The translations under genes were made by a program, and so were the position numbers. 64,000 nucleotides of DNA from Takakia lepidozioides (Eukaryota; Plantae; Bryophyta): positions 21,204,001-21,268,000 of the forward strand of contig CM060732.1 of assembly GCA_030704615.1 (NCBI GenBank), in the 5' to 3' direction. This document shows, piece after piece, positions 34,162 to 47,939 of the stretch (positions are counted from its first letter, which is position 1; every line of letters starts with the position of its first letter). The notes under the pieces were generated by a model that ran no database searches, had not been told where the DNA came from, and was given only the letters and a program-made list of their open reading frames with translations.

Positions 34162-37100
34162 ATTATCTCTATACTACAAGGTTAATTTGCATTGGTCTCT
34201 CTGAAATTTGACTCTTAAGCACTTCTATTTACTTTTAACCCCTGAAGGACGAGGGAGGGATTGACACAGGGAGCGTTTGGGAAAAGGGCTTGCTTGGAAA
34301 TGGAACATAGATTCTTATGCAAGTTTGGGACCATAGCTATTTAAGTTATAGCCATCATATGATTTGATAGTTTCATTGTCCAATATTAAGGTAGCATGAG
34401 TGTAATGCAGTACATGTGATTTAACAAGGTGATTGCATGCAAATACATCGCGAAATGGATGAATGCAGTGTAAAATGGACTTCCCCATGCTAATTTTGCA
34501 GTGATTGTGGTCCATGGTACCACCCATAATTATTAAAAACTCGCTATTGCATCCAATTGTACATGGTTTAGAATTATCAACGTCTCTAATATCTACATGT
34601 ACCAATTGTTGGATTGCAAAACGGATAAAGTATATTCAAGCTATGAACTTTTGAAAACCGAATTATGTGGACTATCTTTTCAACCGTATTAAACTTATGG
34701 ACGCTAAAAAAGTATTGTGCACTTGGGCAATTGCTCTAAAATTTTGAGTGGCGAGGAAAATTATATGGACATTATAATGATCTATTTACAGTATCAAATT
34801 GATTTGTCATTTGGAACCTATGGACTAATTTATAAGCTAGGAATGCGCACAAGTGGTGGCACATGTTATACTTCTATTTTATTGACACAAGTTTGGTGAC
34901 GGATACATCATCAACATGGAATTCATGAGATATTCCAGGGGACGGACACCATGTGCGTAGCTTTTCTTCGTTCACATGGGCTTGTTTGCAAAAAGAGAGC
35001 ATGGTCACACACTAGTTATTCCTCATTTGGATTACAACTTAAAACATTTAATAGTCATCCATGCACTTGGCTTTGTTTAAGAAGACCAGCCATTACATGA
35101 TACCTATATATTTAAATTTTTGGTCACATATCTAATAATAGATAGCCCATTTGTGTATGCCCGATTTTGAAAGACTCGTAGCTATTTTATTTCTACTTTT
35201 CAGACATGGAGCTAGTGGAAATTAACTTGATCGAAGGTCATTTAAGAAGAACAAGTATGTACATTAAATTTTGTAAACCATTTAACTCATAAAAGGGACA
35301 TATTTTAGTTGCTATAATGCAGGGAAAAAAAAAAAAAAAAAAAAAAACCTTTCCCACACCTGTTTGTGTGCATGAGAGAGAAAGAACTCTGGCCATAGCT
35401 GCCGTAACTAGGAGCCACTTCGCCTTGCAGCTTATTATGTCTCATTAGGTACGTTCAGACTGACGATTAAGTTGGGGGATAAAATACCACCGGGTCTATC
35501 TTTGTTCACATGTGTCAATGTCAGCAAGTTAACTGCGGACTGGATGTCGTCGTGGCAAGTGACATGGCAGAAAGTTATTGATATTGCTATTTAAATACAG
35601 TTGATACAGTTTTGAGAGGCCGCATTACGATCTGAAGCTACAAGGAAAGTGATTCTGCAAGTGCAGACTTGTGCTGCAAAGAAGAGCGATGCTGCAAACG
35701 ACGCAAAGGAGAGCGATGCTACAGGATGACGATGGAGGCAGTTTATGTCATCCATAGCAATTAGGGTAAATACACGTGGTATGTTATGAACAGAGGTAAG
35801 AGAGAATATAAATAGGTAAAATTATTTGTTAATATATGCATATGTGTGAACGAAAATAGAATAAGTTTCATGTATAAGTATAACTCGAATATAAGAAGGT
35901 CAAAGAAATTTATTTGCCATGAAAATATTCACTCTTTAGTTGGTAGACATTTGGATGCTACTTATGAGTCTGAATGTACCTATTGTAGGGGTGGGCCATA
36001 ATACCATATAAAGAAAGCAAGCTACCCCTATGGAGTACCTAGGGTACTTGGGCTACACAAGATACCTACGGTACAAAGGGTAGGAATGTTAGAATGAAAA
36101 TATAGTTATGTATCAAATTACAGCAAAATTACATACCAAATTATTATAATATTCAAGTTTTTAGTTGATACTCTTACAAATGTATCACCTTGAAGATGAA
36201 TCTATGTTTGTGTTCTCACCCCCAAGGATATATCAAACTTATATCAATCAACACTCCGATAGAGGTAGCACTCCCATAGAGGTACCGTATTGTACAACTT
36301 GCTCGATTATACACGTCTAGGCACATGAGGCCCTAGATGTTGATGATGTCAAAAACATCAAGACAACACGGCATAGGCAGTCATCAGTTTTTCATATATT
36401 GGAGTGTCATTGGGCCACTCTCTTTTCATTCGCCTTGCCTTTAGTAGGGACTATGTGGGTTCACTTGCATGCAATGACCTTAAAGACCTTATATCTTGAG
36501 GGGGTCCTTAGAGCTGGGCATAGGTTTGTTGTGTTCTTTATTTGTTCCAATTATGGATGAATGTAAATCTTATGAGATGAATTTTGTCCAATGGATCCCA
36601 CATTGGATGGAAGTAAATTTGAAGGTTTATGTAATGCATTGGATCAATCTATTCAACACCATTAGTAAAAATAAATGGTCAATGGATGAAGTTAAGCAAC
36701 ATGCATGCAATTCAATCCTCATAAATGAATCAAGTCATAGGGCTGCAATTGACTTAAATAATATAAAGTTTAAACATGTATTAATGTGCCTCTAGGACAT
36801 CGGTTTTCATAAAGTTTAAGGTATATTATATACCAGGAAGGTCCATAGGATGATACCGTAATTAAATCCGGTGAACATAGGTCCTTGCCTTCGAATTTTG
36901 TGTGGCCTCGTTGTAATGAGGTTGGGGCCGACATAGGCCCGAACTATCTCCATGCCTCTAGACTTAGAATTTTGTTGGCTTAGGTCCAAATTTGTAACTA
37001 CCATTATGCATGTAGTTACAAGATTTCCTACATGAAGGTGGTTGTAAAAATATGTTAAACTACCTTCATGCAAATATACATGCAAACTAACTCAATGGAG

Positions 37101-38110
37101 GTGGTCATGATCAGCATCCATTTACGATTGAACCCATAACCTCCAAGATGACAATACCGACATCCTCAACCCTAGCCGCAATGTAATCGTTTATTGAATA
37201 TATAACAAAAACATAGCAATATGGAGGGTTTAAATGTGCGGTCAGTGTCGCCTATGCCTCGTGCGGCCTCATTACGATCCATGGCTTTTACGTGGAATGG
37301 ACAATGGCAACAGGGTCTTTAATTCAAGGCAAAACAAATGGTGAATCTACGATTTCCTGCTTAGCATCGTGTGTATGGAGGCAAGAGCGGAGGCAAAAAA
37401 AGAGGAGTGTCATCTCTCGTAAAGCTCATGTGTGTTTCATGTAGGTTGTGTCTTTCTCTCACAAGTCCCAATAAAACGATGCATACATAAAGACCTGCGA
37501 TCAGTGCTCTTATGAGTTCTTAAAACAGTGTTTTTATATATAAGTTGGGGTTTTACATGTAGTATTTGTTAGGAGTGTCGCACACATTGAGAAAATACAT
37601 ATGTACTGCTCAGTACATAATTATCCAACAGCTCTACGGTCTTTCTTTGAACGCCATTATGTAATCCAAAAGTAGGAAAGATAAGAGGTCTACATATTTT
37701 GAAGATCCCAAAGGTTGAATTTAATGTAAATGTCAACATGTGTAACCGCTTCAACTGGTAGCGAAATTCTCTACAACTTTGGTCTCAAGTCCGGAGAATG
37801 ATCAATGTGCATATATCGTCATAATGAGGGTTTCAGACTGACTATTTAGCTTAAGCGAGAGCGATCACAGGACCTTATATATGTACATGGACATTGGAGA
37901 ATTCAAGATCGACCAAGATCTTTATATTGTTCTTTAACATGTTCGAAGTAAAAATATCAGAAGTTGGTGAGAATGATATCCAGCTGATGGTGAACTCGCT
38001 TTAGCGTGTGTGAGGCACTGACATCAGTATCATCACCGTATAATATGGGTATCCAATAATATAAGTCATGCGCTTTTGTCGAAATATGGCATATAAGCAA
38101 GTTTAGCTAA

Positions 38111-39258
38111 CCCCTAAAAGACCATGCTTGTTTTGACGTTTTCGGCCAAAAACACTACATACACTACATCGACACGCTGTAACTTTTTGTAATTTTTCAT
38201 CCCCGTGGATGAACCGTACCAAATGAAAAATAAGGCCATGGTGCAGGTTCCCTGCAAATTTGAAAAAATTTCATCGTTTCAATTTTTCAAATTTTGGGAG
38301 AAAGTAAAATACATTGCAGGTTTGACCAATGGTTTTCTCAATTTTTTGGTTTATGCTTGAGCCAAAAGTTCTACAACCTGATAGCATATCATCAAAATTT
38401 GAAGCCCAAATCCCATATTTGGGATGGTTCACTTTGTATGTGACCACAAGGGGATATAAATTGCAAATTTCTCACATCCCTTATCCAATAGGTAGCAATG
38501 TCCTCAATTTTGAGAAAAAAAAATGGACTTCAATGGTGGGTGTGTAGTAGGGAACTCCAACAACTATTTTGAGAGATTTCACAAAACTGAGAAGAAGATG
38601 TCAATTTTTGTGAGATTTCTATTGGTTGGCAACTCGGGCAAATCTCTGCCGGAAAATGCATGACCTCCAGCGACAAATTTTGGGTCAAGTATGAGGACGC
38701 CACGTTGCAGATCAACCGGCGTGGCGTCCCTTTGGCCATGCCATTTCTGCACCCCCCACCCTGCCAATGTTTTTCTTTCTGGCGAAAAATCGCCAGATTT
38801 CGAACTGGAAACTCGGTCAGCTACTTGTATAAAAGAAATTATGGGAGGTAAAATCCGAGATTTTCGCCAAAAAACACCGGGAGATAAATTTCAGGAGCCT
38901 AATCTTGCCGACGTGGACCAAAGAGAACGTGATACCTAGAATATAGTCACTTTTCTAACTTTGTCACCTCGATATTCTCGCCACATGGGCACTGGGTGGA
39001 ATCCACAGGTGGCCCCGCCAACAATTTTGGAAATATGAAGGAAAAAAAAAAAAAAAAAAAAAAACACTGCCCCTGCACACGAAAATAAATTCGGGCGACG
39101 CATTTATGCAATCTGCATGTTATAAAGCCCGTTAGAAAGCACTATTCAAGTGGTACATTTCATCTGCAGGGTGCAAGTTCATCTGACTTCATCTGCGACA
39201 GTGGTGGGCCCCAGAAAAACTCGAGCGACCCGATTCGGGTCGCTTGAGCATTTAGGGG
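38111..39258. mobile_element. Non-autonomous piggyBac-like element
   Basis: CTAA|CCCCTAAA...TTTAGGGG|TTAA termini resemble the TIR of the 6310-9352 element. No transposase ORF. Confidence 0.6.
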
Positions 39259-39429
39259 TTAATTGCCATTGCTCGTTGAATAAGGTCTTGGGGAGTTCCA
39301 TTTCCTATAATTGCAGATCAGTTTGCTTGTGTTGTTTTCAGTAGGCATTTGGGGCCATAGAGAGTAAATGTTTAGAAAATAAAATCACTTTCTACCCGAT
39401 AATGTCATTTATGTAACATTTCCTACTCA

Positions 39430-42400
39430 AATTATCTGCGTCAGTCACGCCAGGTCGCGTCAGATTTGACACTGACGAGGCCTGAATCATGTCAGTATTA
39501 GGTGTCAGTAATGTAATTTTGGGAGGTGAAAAATGTGACATGTAAGTGTTCACGTCCCCCGAAAACTATACATATGAAAAAAAAATCAATTAAATTAAAC
39601 ATTAGTAATTAGAAATGGCCGTCACAATCGCTCGACCGTCGCCCAACGGTCGCCTCACCGGAAAAAGAAAAAGAAAAAGAAAAAATCGCATAGCCACGGT
39701 CAAATTTTTTTTTATTAACGCTATTTTTGATAAATGCATGTGAAGAATGGATACATTTCCTAGTGAAAGGTTCCAGCATCTAGTACCCTAGAAAGTTAAA
39801 CATTACTTATCCATGTGAAGGTCTAGTTACTTCCACAAATCTAAATTCACATATTTAGAATGGTCGTTTTAGGAAGCTCCATGGTATCCTCTAGAAAAAA
39901 AGAAATGGCATGAAATGGCATGACATTACCTGAGTCATGTTGTTATCCATTTCCCAAAGCTGTATTATGTCAAAGTTCATTTCTTACAACTGATCTTGGG
40001 CAACGTGTATTACCAAATGTTCGATGTGATCAAGCCTACATAATGCCATCTTTCATAAGTTTAACGTATAGGGATTTTATGGCACATTTCTATGTGAAGT
40101 TTTATTCTTTTTTGGATTTTTTCCCAGTATGGTTTGGAGGAAGTGAAAGGCTTCAGTTTCAACCTTTTTCTTGGCCTTGGTTAATGCAATCTTGTCTTTT
40201 TTGTCCTACAAACAAATGTTCATTCCAAAATATCACGACTTTGCATCTTTCCACAAAATGGAAATGGAAAGGGCATTCACAATCATATTCCCAAAATCAT
40301 ATGAGATGACAGTTTTGAACTAGTCTTTATTATGGCATTATTATGACATTCATAAAGCTCTCTCATGAGGTTCTCCGGCTCCAAGTTTTGTTGGAGACTA
40401 CGACTATTCTTAATTGTCTGCGACCGCTAATATCGACGGTCGCAACATTTGTTTTTAAACAAATGCATGCGACAACTAAATTTTGGCTATTGTAACATTT
40501 TATTTTATTTATAAATGCATGTGACCGCCAATATTGGTGGTCGCATGTTTTTCTATTTTTTTTAAATGCGTGCGCCCAATACTGACAATCGCATGCGTTG
40601 AAAAAAAAAAAAAAAAAAAAAAACATAATTTTTTTCTTGGATATTATACTGATTATACATGTTATTGCATGGGAGAAATTGACCCTCCGGCTCATTGAAT
40701 CTGAATTTCTAGTAAAGTATGAAATTTTGATAGTGACCATATCATCATTGCGTAAACATCCATGAGAGCCTATAACTCTGCCAAAGCTTTTGTATTTGCA
40801 TTGAGTTATTTGAAGAATGTTGTCTATGGAATACGACTGAGAATATGAACCATGTCTCCACTCAAATCAATTCACTGACAAGCTTCTGATAACGCATTCA
40901 AATTATGTCAATAAATTTAAATGCTGGAGAGAGACATTAAAATTATTTCAATAGAGAATGTTAAAGAGAATCAATGCGCATCATATTCATGACATACACT
41001 AGGATAAAAACGATTGTACTTTGAATGACCACAAGCAAGCCTAGCTAAGGGGGAAACTTCCAATCAGACGGCGTACCCCCATCCTTCCAATGAGATTTCA
41101 ATCTTATATGTTGTTACCGAGGGTGGTGATGGGTCCACAACAATTTTCATTTTTAATGGTGATATTAGATCCATCATTTCCTGTATAAAATCCTCCTCAT
41201 CCAAAGGCAGATTGACACCGTACTCAATACACTGATATCTCTCGCCGGCGTACCATCGGTTTGAAATGGTCTTGTAAGTGCGGAGAATTAGTGTGTCCTC
41301 AAAACCAAAACGAACTTGAAGCACGATTTTTGCAGTTTGGAGGTCTCCACCTTGGAGATAGGGAAATTGTAGTTCTCCCAACTCCACAGACAAGGTTCTT
41401 GTTGGGTCTTTTTTCTGTTTGATTTTTCTTTTTCTTTTTTTTCTCAATGCATGCGACTCATCACACTCATTTATAAAAATAAAAATAAAAAATATATGCG
41501 ACCAGCAATATTGGTTGTCGCATGCATTTGTTTAAAAAAATGAATATTGTGACCGCTAAGCAACGCTGATAAATAGGCTTATTATACAAAAAATGTTTGA
41601 TCGATCTAGGTGCAACACCGATCGTGACGAAGGGTTTGGAGTTACTCGGTGGCTGGAGACTGCCAGTTGTACATTTTTTACAAAATGTGGGAAAAAGTAA
41701 CAATACAAGGAGAATCAGACCCTCGGGCTTCTTTGGACTCTGAATTTCTATTGAAGTATGAAATTTTGACCTAGTGACCATATCATTGTTGCACGAACAT
41801 CCATGGGAGCCTCTAACTCTGTCATAGCTCATGTATTTGCACCGAGTCAATGTTCTGTGAAATAACACTAAAAATATCAATAATGTATCCACTCAAATCA
41901 ACTTACTAGCAAGTTTTTTAAGGCGAATTCAAATTATGTCAACAAACTTCAATGGCTGGATAGATGAATTGAAATTATTTCAACAAATAATGTTAGAGAG
42001 TCAATCGGCATCAACTTTATGACATACACTAGGATAAAAATGTTTGTATTTGGAAGCACCATAAACAAGTGATTCGAGTGGACACATGGTTGATATTCTC
42101 CGTCCTATTCCACAAACAATATTTTTTACATGACTTGGTGCAAATACAAGAGCTCTGGCAGGGTTATAGGCTCTCGTGCATATTTATGTAATGATGATAT
42201 GGTCACTAGATCAAAATTTTATACTTCGATAGAAATTCAGAATGCGAAGGAGTTTGAGGGTCAGTTTCTCGCAAACAATACCATGTGTAATCAGTATAAT
42301 ATATTTAAAAATATTTAAAAAATATTTAAAAAAATATATACAAAATAATACAAGTGTAAGAGCATCGATCGCCCAACAAGAACCTTGATTGTGGAGTTGG

Positions 42401-42990
42401 AAGAATTACAAATTCTCTATCTCCAAGATGGAGACCTCCAAACTGCAGAAATCGTGCTTGAGGTTTATCTTGGTTTTGTGGACACACCGATTCTCCATAC
42501 TTACAAAACCATTTCTAACTAATGGTACCGCAGAAGTGAGATTGAAATCCCGTTGGAATGATATGGCACGCTGCCTGATTGGAAGTTTCCGCCTAGCTAG
42601 GCTTGCTTATGATTATTCCAAGTACAAACGTTTTTATCTTGGTGTATGTCATGAATATGATGCGAATTGACTCTCTTTAACATTCTTTGGTGAAATAATT
42701 TGAAGATATATCTTCAGCATTATTTGTTGACGTAATTGAATGCATCATTAGAAACTTGCCAGTGAGTTGATTTGAATGGAGACAATGTTGATATTCTCAA
42801 TCATATTCCACAGACAACATACATTTATTTTTTACATACATTTGTTTTTTTTAAATATCACGCTCATTGATATTAGTGGTTGTAGACACTTAAAAATAAA
42901 AAATATAGCGATGTGGCTGCTGAAAAGACACATTTTTATCTTTAAATTTATTTTATCAATATATCGACCCGACGTGACGCTGATAATTAG
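39430..42990. mobile_element. Non-autonomous TIR/foldback-like element with long internal direct and inverted repeats
   Basis: Inverted ends AATTATCTGCGTCA.. (39430) and ..GACGTGACGCTGATAATT (42970-42987). Block 40660-41080 is repeated directly at 41710-42070 and inverted at 42070-42300 and 42570-42810; 41220-41400 is inverted at 42380-42530. Confidence 0.6.
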
Positions 42991-43149
42991 GCTTATCATA
43001 TAAAAAATATTCAATCGATGTAGTTATATTCTTCTTCAAGCGCAACCCTGATTGTGAAGAGAGGTTTGAAGTTACTCGGTGGCTTTAATAGTGGAGATCT
43101 TCTGTCGCACATTTTGACGAAGCTGGGAAAAAAACAACGGTTGTCGCCT

Positions 43150-44590
43150 ATGCAAAGTTTCACTAACGCCCCATTGACCCTCCTAGATCTGAAATAGTGG
43201 TAGCGGGTCTACTGACCTACGAATTTACTACCTCCTACCACCCAAGATGTATGTATTCCAATTGTACGGGAGGCGGGTTGCAGGGATGGAGCGGCGCTCC
43301 GCCCTCCCACCATGATCTTGTCTATGGCTTAGTTATGACTATCTTCTGGGGTTCCGCCAAACTCCTAATCTCCTCGTCTTCCTAAACTCTCCAGACTAGC
43401 GGTTCCGCTTATTTACTAGTGTCTCTAGATTTAACCATGGTCGACCTCTCAATGCGCTCCCACGGGGCGTTCTCACCGCCTTACCCCTTGCTTTAGCAAT
43501 GCTTCTTACTGCTGGATCATAGCGCTTCTTTTGAGCTCCCCCTTGGTGTTTTTAGACTGGATTCCGACAGCAAACAATCACCATATGACTCGTGAGGTTT
43601 TAAGTTTTAAGTTGTCTCATTGCGATGAAGACCCCTTACGCGAATGGGTGCTCTTCCACCCCCCCCTCTTTATATTAGAAAATGATCTACATTACGACAA
43701 GTTCTACTGCAACGGCTCATCATCTTTTATGGCTTATCTTAATGAAAGGCGCTTTTCAGAGCAAACTCGGGATGTTCTTGGAACTCACGTTTTACTACGA
43801 CAGCACTGCAGACCCCCTTTTCTCGTCATAGTCACTTGCGAGCTTCTGCCACATCTTCTCCAGCGAAGGCTTACAATATACACTCTCTCCCACAGTCATT
43901 TACCTCACCTCAGTTCCGCGTTTCTTCTCAATAGGTTTTTGTGGCTTTTTACTCTAGTTATGTCCCCCTGGGGGACGTTAAGCAGGCCCCCCGACCTTGA
44001 TCTGCTTCGGTGCTAAAGAAGCCAAACACGGCGTTTTTGACGATTTCCAAACCGAAGTGTCTTCATCAAATTCAACAGATTACACCGCCCAAATCGCATG
44101 TTGCGCAGACAACCAATGTGCTTGGAGATCCTCCTCTCATATCTCATTTCCGCTGCAAAGACGAGACACGCAGATCACCCTCCCGCACCTCTGGCACACT
44201 ATCAAAGGTGCACACTTTCAATGCAGCCCTTGCAAGCTTCGACGACATTTGGCAATTGACATTGCTACCCCCAACCGATGGTGTGATGACAAGGTGTCGC
44301 CCTTAGTTGCTGCATGGGCACCCTTCTGGAGCCTTGAAGGGCAAACGCGGGCTTGGGAGTTAGGACCACCCCCCGACCACTTAATGTTCTCTGCTTACCG
44401 ACCGCATACACAAAACGTCAGCATGTCTTTTCTGGTGAGTTTTTGCAAGATCTTTGACAACTTGCTTGTCGGAACAAGGAATGGTTGCTGCCCCCCTCAA
44501 ATCTCTGTTTGCTCTCTCCTCCCGCCAATCCAGCAAATCAGGTGATGTTCCCTCCCCATTTCTTGTATACACACAGGTAATAAGTACCAC
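43150..44590 (+). mobile_element. Possible decayed LINE 3' region
   Basis: Pyrimidine-rich broken ORFs with Trp/Cys patterns like an L1 C-terminus; no RT core visible. Confidence 0.25.
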
Positions 44591-45039
44591 GTACACATAT
44601 AAAGCTTTGACGTGAGCAATGGTCGCTGCCAAGATAATGTTTTTCAAACATGTGAAGGATATTGTAGTGATGACAAACCAACAAGAGACAGCAGCGAAAC
44701 GGATGCATCCCGGTTCATTACTGATAGTAGCAGTGGGTCCATGATTATGGAGTCTGGAAGATCTGCAGATCTCCAATGCCAACCTTTGAAGAAATTCCTA
44801 CTGATCAGGCCTCTCATCTCAAATACCACAACGCAACCTGCTGCAATCATGGAGAAGCTTTCACCCACTGAATCAGTACCTTCAATCTGGTCACCCACTT
44901 GCTCCTTCAACCCCGACGGCCACGCAAGCAACACCCCCCATGCCTGCAAGGTCTGATCAAACTTCAATATCAAAATCCATGGAACCACTTGCACATCAGC
45001 CTACAACTCAACAATCTTCCCTACAAACCCTACCAGCTT

Positions 45040-46600
45040 TGTCACTCCAGCACGTGACACCCAACCACAGCACGTTTGTGTGCATTTGCAATGCGTGTGC
45101 AAGCCTAGCAATTCTGGAAGAGGGCAAAGATGTCCATGACGACAGTGACAGAGCTGGAATCGTACCAAATGTCATTCTGAGCAATACCCTTGGGGACATA
45201 TTGCCAAATGTGAGTGCAGCGAGGATGCACAGGTAGGTCTCAACACTATGGCTGAACGAGACAAGGTGTCGCGGGGCAGTTGCAGGATTGAGTGGATAAA
45301 AAACGGCAGATCCCAGTCCATGAAAGTCCATCACCAAAAAACAAAAGTTGAGGATACTATCCAAAATATTTCTTTAGTGATATATAATGGTATACTGAAC
45401 ATATTTAGTAAAGAGTCATATCCCAAATATTAAAGATATAATTTATTAAATATTTTAATTTATTATTTAGAGTTTACAAAAATTTGTCAATATGCCACCT
45501 AGCGATAGAAGATTATAGGTTTTTATACTTCTAGAAAACAAATGACACCCAAAATCCAAAAAACAATATGAGCTATGGACTTTTCAAAAAATGCTTATTT
45601 TTTGGACATATATTAGTCCATATGATTCAAATGACAAATGATTTTGCCACTTCAAATCCATACCTATGATGTGGACTAAAATGACCACCTTATGTCCAAA
45701 TTTCAATGGAATTGACCAATGGCACATAGGACTTCTTGAGTCCATTCTAATTTCATTCACCGCGGAAACAAGTCCACTCTAAGGTCATCAGAAGTCCATA
45801 ACTGTGTCATTTCTTATCGGATTCATGATTGGAGAGTTGCTATGGGTGCGTATTGAAGCTAGGAGTCCAATGACATATATATTTTCTGGTTTTAATGAGT
45901 TAATTTAAATTCAATTGATGACACAATCAATTGCAATCATCTAAAACTGTGCTGGTAACGTCCATTTTGGTCTAGTCAACCCTACATTCACCCCGTGGAG
46001 CGCGTTGCTTGCAGAGTATGCACAGCAAGGACGTGGTACAGAGGCCTTGGACACCAATGATCAGATGATGGGGGAGGGGTGAAGCCCAACAACACGATGT
46101 ATGTGTGCATTTACAATGCTTGTGCAAGCCTGACAGCCCTGGGAAAGCGCAAAAAGATGCATGGTGACATCTTCAAAGCAGGAGTTGTACAAAATGTCAT
46201 TCTGAACACTTCTGAACAATACCCTGGTGAATATGTATGCAAAATGTGGGTGCATGGAAGATGCAAAAGGAGGGTTCGACACTATGGTTGAACGATATGT
46301 ACTGGGATCATGGAATGCGATGCTTGCAGGGTTTACACAGCAAGGACGTGGTATGGAGGCTTTGGAGACCTATGATCAAATGATGGGGGAAGAAGAGAAA
46401 CTCGATTAGAACACGTCTATGTACATTTGCAATTCCTTTGTAAGCCTGGCAGCTCTGGAAAAAGACAACGAGGTCCATAGTAACATTGTCAGAGCTGGAA
46501 TTGTACCAAATGTCATTCTGAACATTACCCTTGTGGATGTATATGGCAAATGTGGGTGCTTCGAGGATGCTCACAAGAGTCGCCCTGGGTACTAATCGGA
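45040..46600 (+). pseudogene. PLS-class PPR pseudogene fragments interrupted by an AT-rich insertion (~45285-45985)
   Basis: VTPNHSTFVCICNACASLAILEEGKDVH..GIVPNVILSNTL; MYAKCGCMEDAKGGFDTM..SWNAMLAGFTQQGRGMEALETYDQM. Confidence 0.8.
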
Positions 46601-46890
46601 GCATCGTGACGGGAAGATGGAGTGTTCTGCTCAGAGGGCATGTCCAGATCCAAAGACATTGGAATATTCCCTCTACATTGGACAAAGTGGCTTTTTACCC
46701 GCATAGATGCTTTAGGGCATAAACCCACCCCAGCGCTCTTCACACCTTTATAGCTGAGGTGAACGAGCAACCGATCCTTACGATAAGAAAGCTTTAATCC
46801 ACATATGTTGCACTCAACACTACCAGTGGCACTGACAGTGTTCGGGATTGTCGTATACCAAGGGCTCCATTCCTCCCTTATCTTCACCCA
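46600..46890 (-). pseudogene. BED-type zinc finger fragment (likely a transposase N-terminus, e.g. hAT)
   Basis: W...VECNICG..SYRKDRLLVHL.........VGLCP, a W-CxxC-H-C pattern. Confidence 0.55.
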
Positions 46891-47036
46891 ATATCACTCC
46901 CCTGGGCCCAAGCGATGTAAGCAACAAAAAACAGTCACCTTTAAATGAACGTGTTGTGAATGTAGAGTGCAATGCGATAGCCCAACACTTCTACACCTCT
47001 CAGCAACCCAAGTGGGTCGATGTGGGTTGTAGTGTT

Positions 47037-47659
47037 TGTCGCGGATTTAGCCCAGAAGAACTTACCATGAATAAATACCAGAAGTTTACAAAGTTACCAT
47101 GTTACCAAAAATTACCGTGATCTACCATGATTTATCATAAATTACCATTAGTTACCAAGTTACTGGAAGTTTACCAAATTACCGAAAGTAAATTGGGAAA
47201 CTGATCAGGAAGCTTCCTTTGGAGGAAACTTCTCCATCAAGATACCTCATTTGTTTAAGAAAACTTCTCCGTCAAGAAACCTTTGTTTAACCTTGGAAAC
47301 TTCTCCATCAAGAAACCTCATTTGGAGAAGCCTCTTAAGGAATCTCCTGGTATCCAGTATATATAGGAGGCGAGACTGGACACTCTTCAGTCTCGCCAAC
47401 ACAAATTCAAGCTACTCTTGTTTCCAGTCCTCCAGTCCAGCTTCCAGTACTCTAGTCTAGTATCTAGTACTCAAGTCCAGTTTCCAGCATTCCAGTATCA
47501 AAGTCAAGTTCCAGTATCTTGTACTCTTGTCCATTGTTATAAATATCATCTTGATTCATACCCATCATGCATCGGCCATGCCGACCTTGACTTCTTGTCT
47601 AGTCTTGTACCTCTAATCTGATCTTTTGTTTGTGTTCAGTCATGCTCTCGTCCTTGACA
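47037..47659 (+). mobile_element. Solo LTR (623 bp)
   Basis: TGTCGCGGA...TCCTTGACA termini, perfect 5-bp TSD GTGTT (47032-47036, 47660-47664), TATATATAGG box at ~47359, internal TTACCA and GAAACTTCTCCATCAAGA repeats. Confidence 0.88.
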
Positions 47660-47939
47660 GTGTTGAACTTATACACAATCTGCTGAAGTGGCTTTGGTGA
47701 AAGCCACAATGGCAAAAGGTGCGCACCCTCCTTTTGGACTACACTCTCGTTCAATGGAAGAGAACATCCAAAGCAACCTCAAGAGTTTGCGCCTAAAGAA
47801 GTGAGGAGCCTGGTAACCTTCCTCCCTTATATATGATCCAAGAAGGATGAAAGTGAAATGAAAGTGAAATGAATAAATAACAAACCAATAGCGCCCACCC
47901 GCAAAAGGCTGTACAACCATATTTGTTGTAATTTTGAAA

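Noticed and set aside
41064-41447. 127-aa ORF as a real gene
   Set aside because: It lies within a repeat module whose inverted copy (42380-42600) does not preserve the frame, and it has no recognisable domain.
45280-45985. hAT MITE within the PPR relic
   Set aside because: The termini are only loosely inverted and there is no TSD, so it was kept only as an unclassified insertion.
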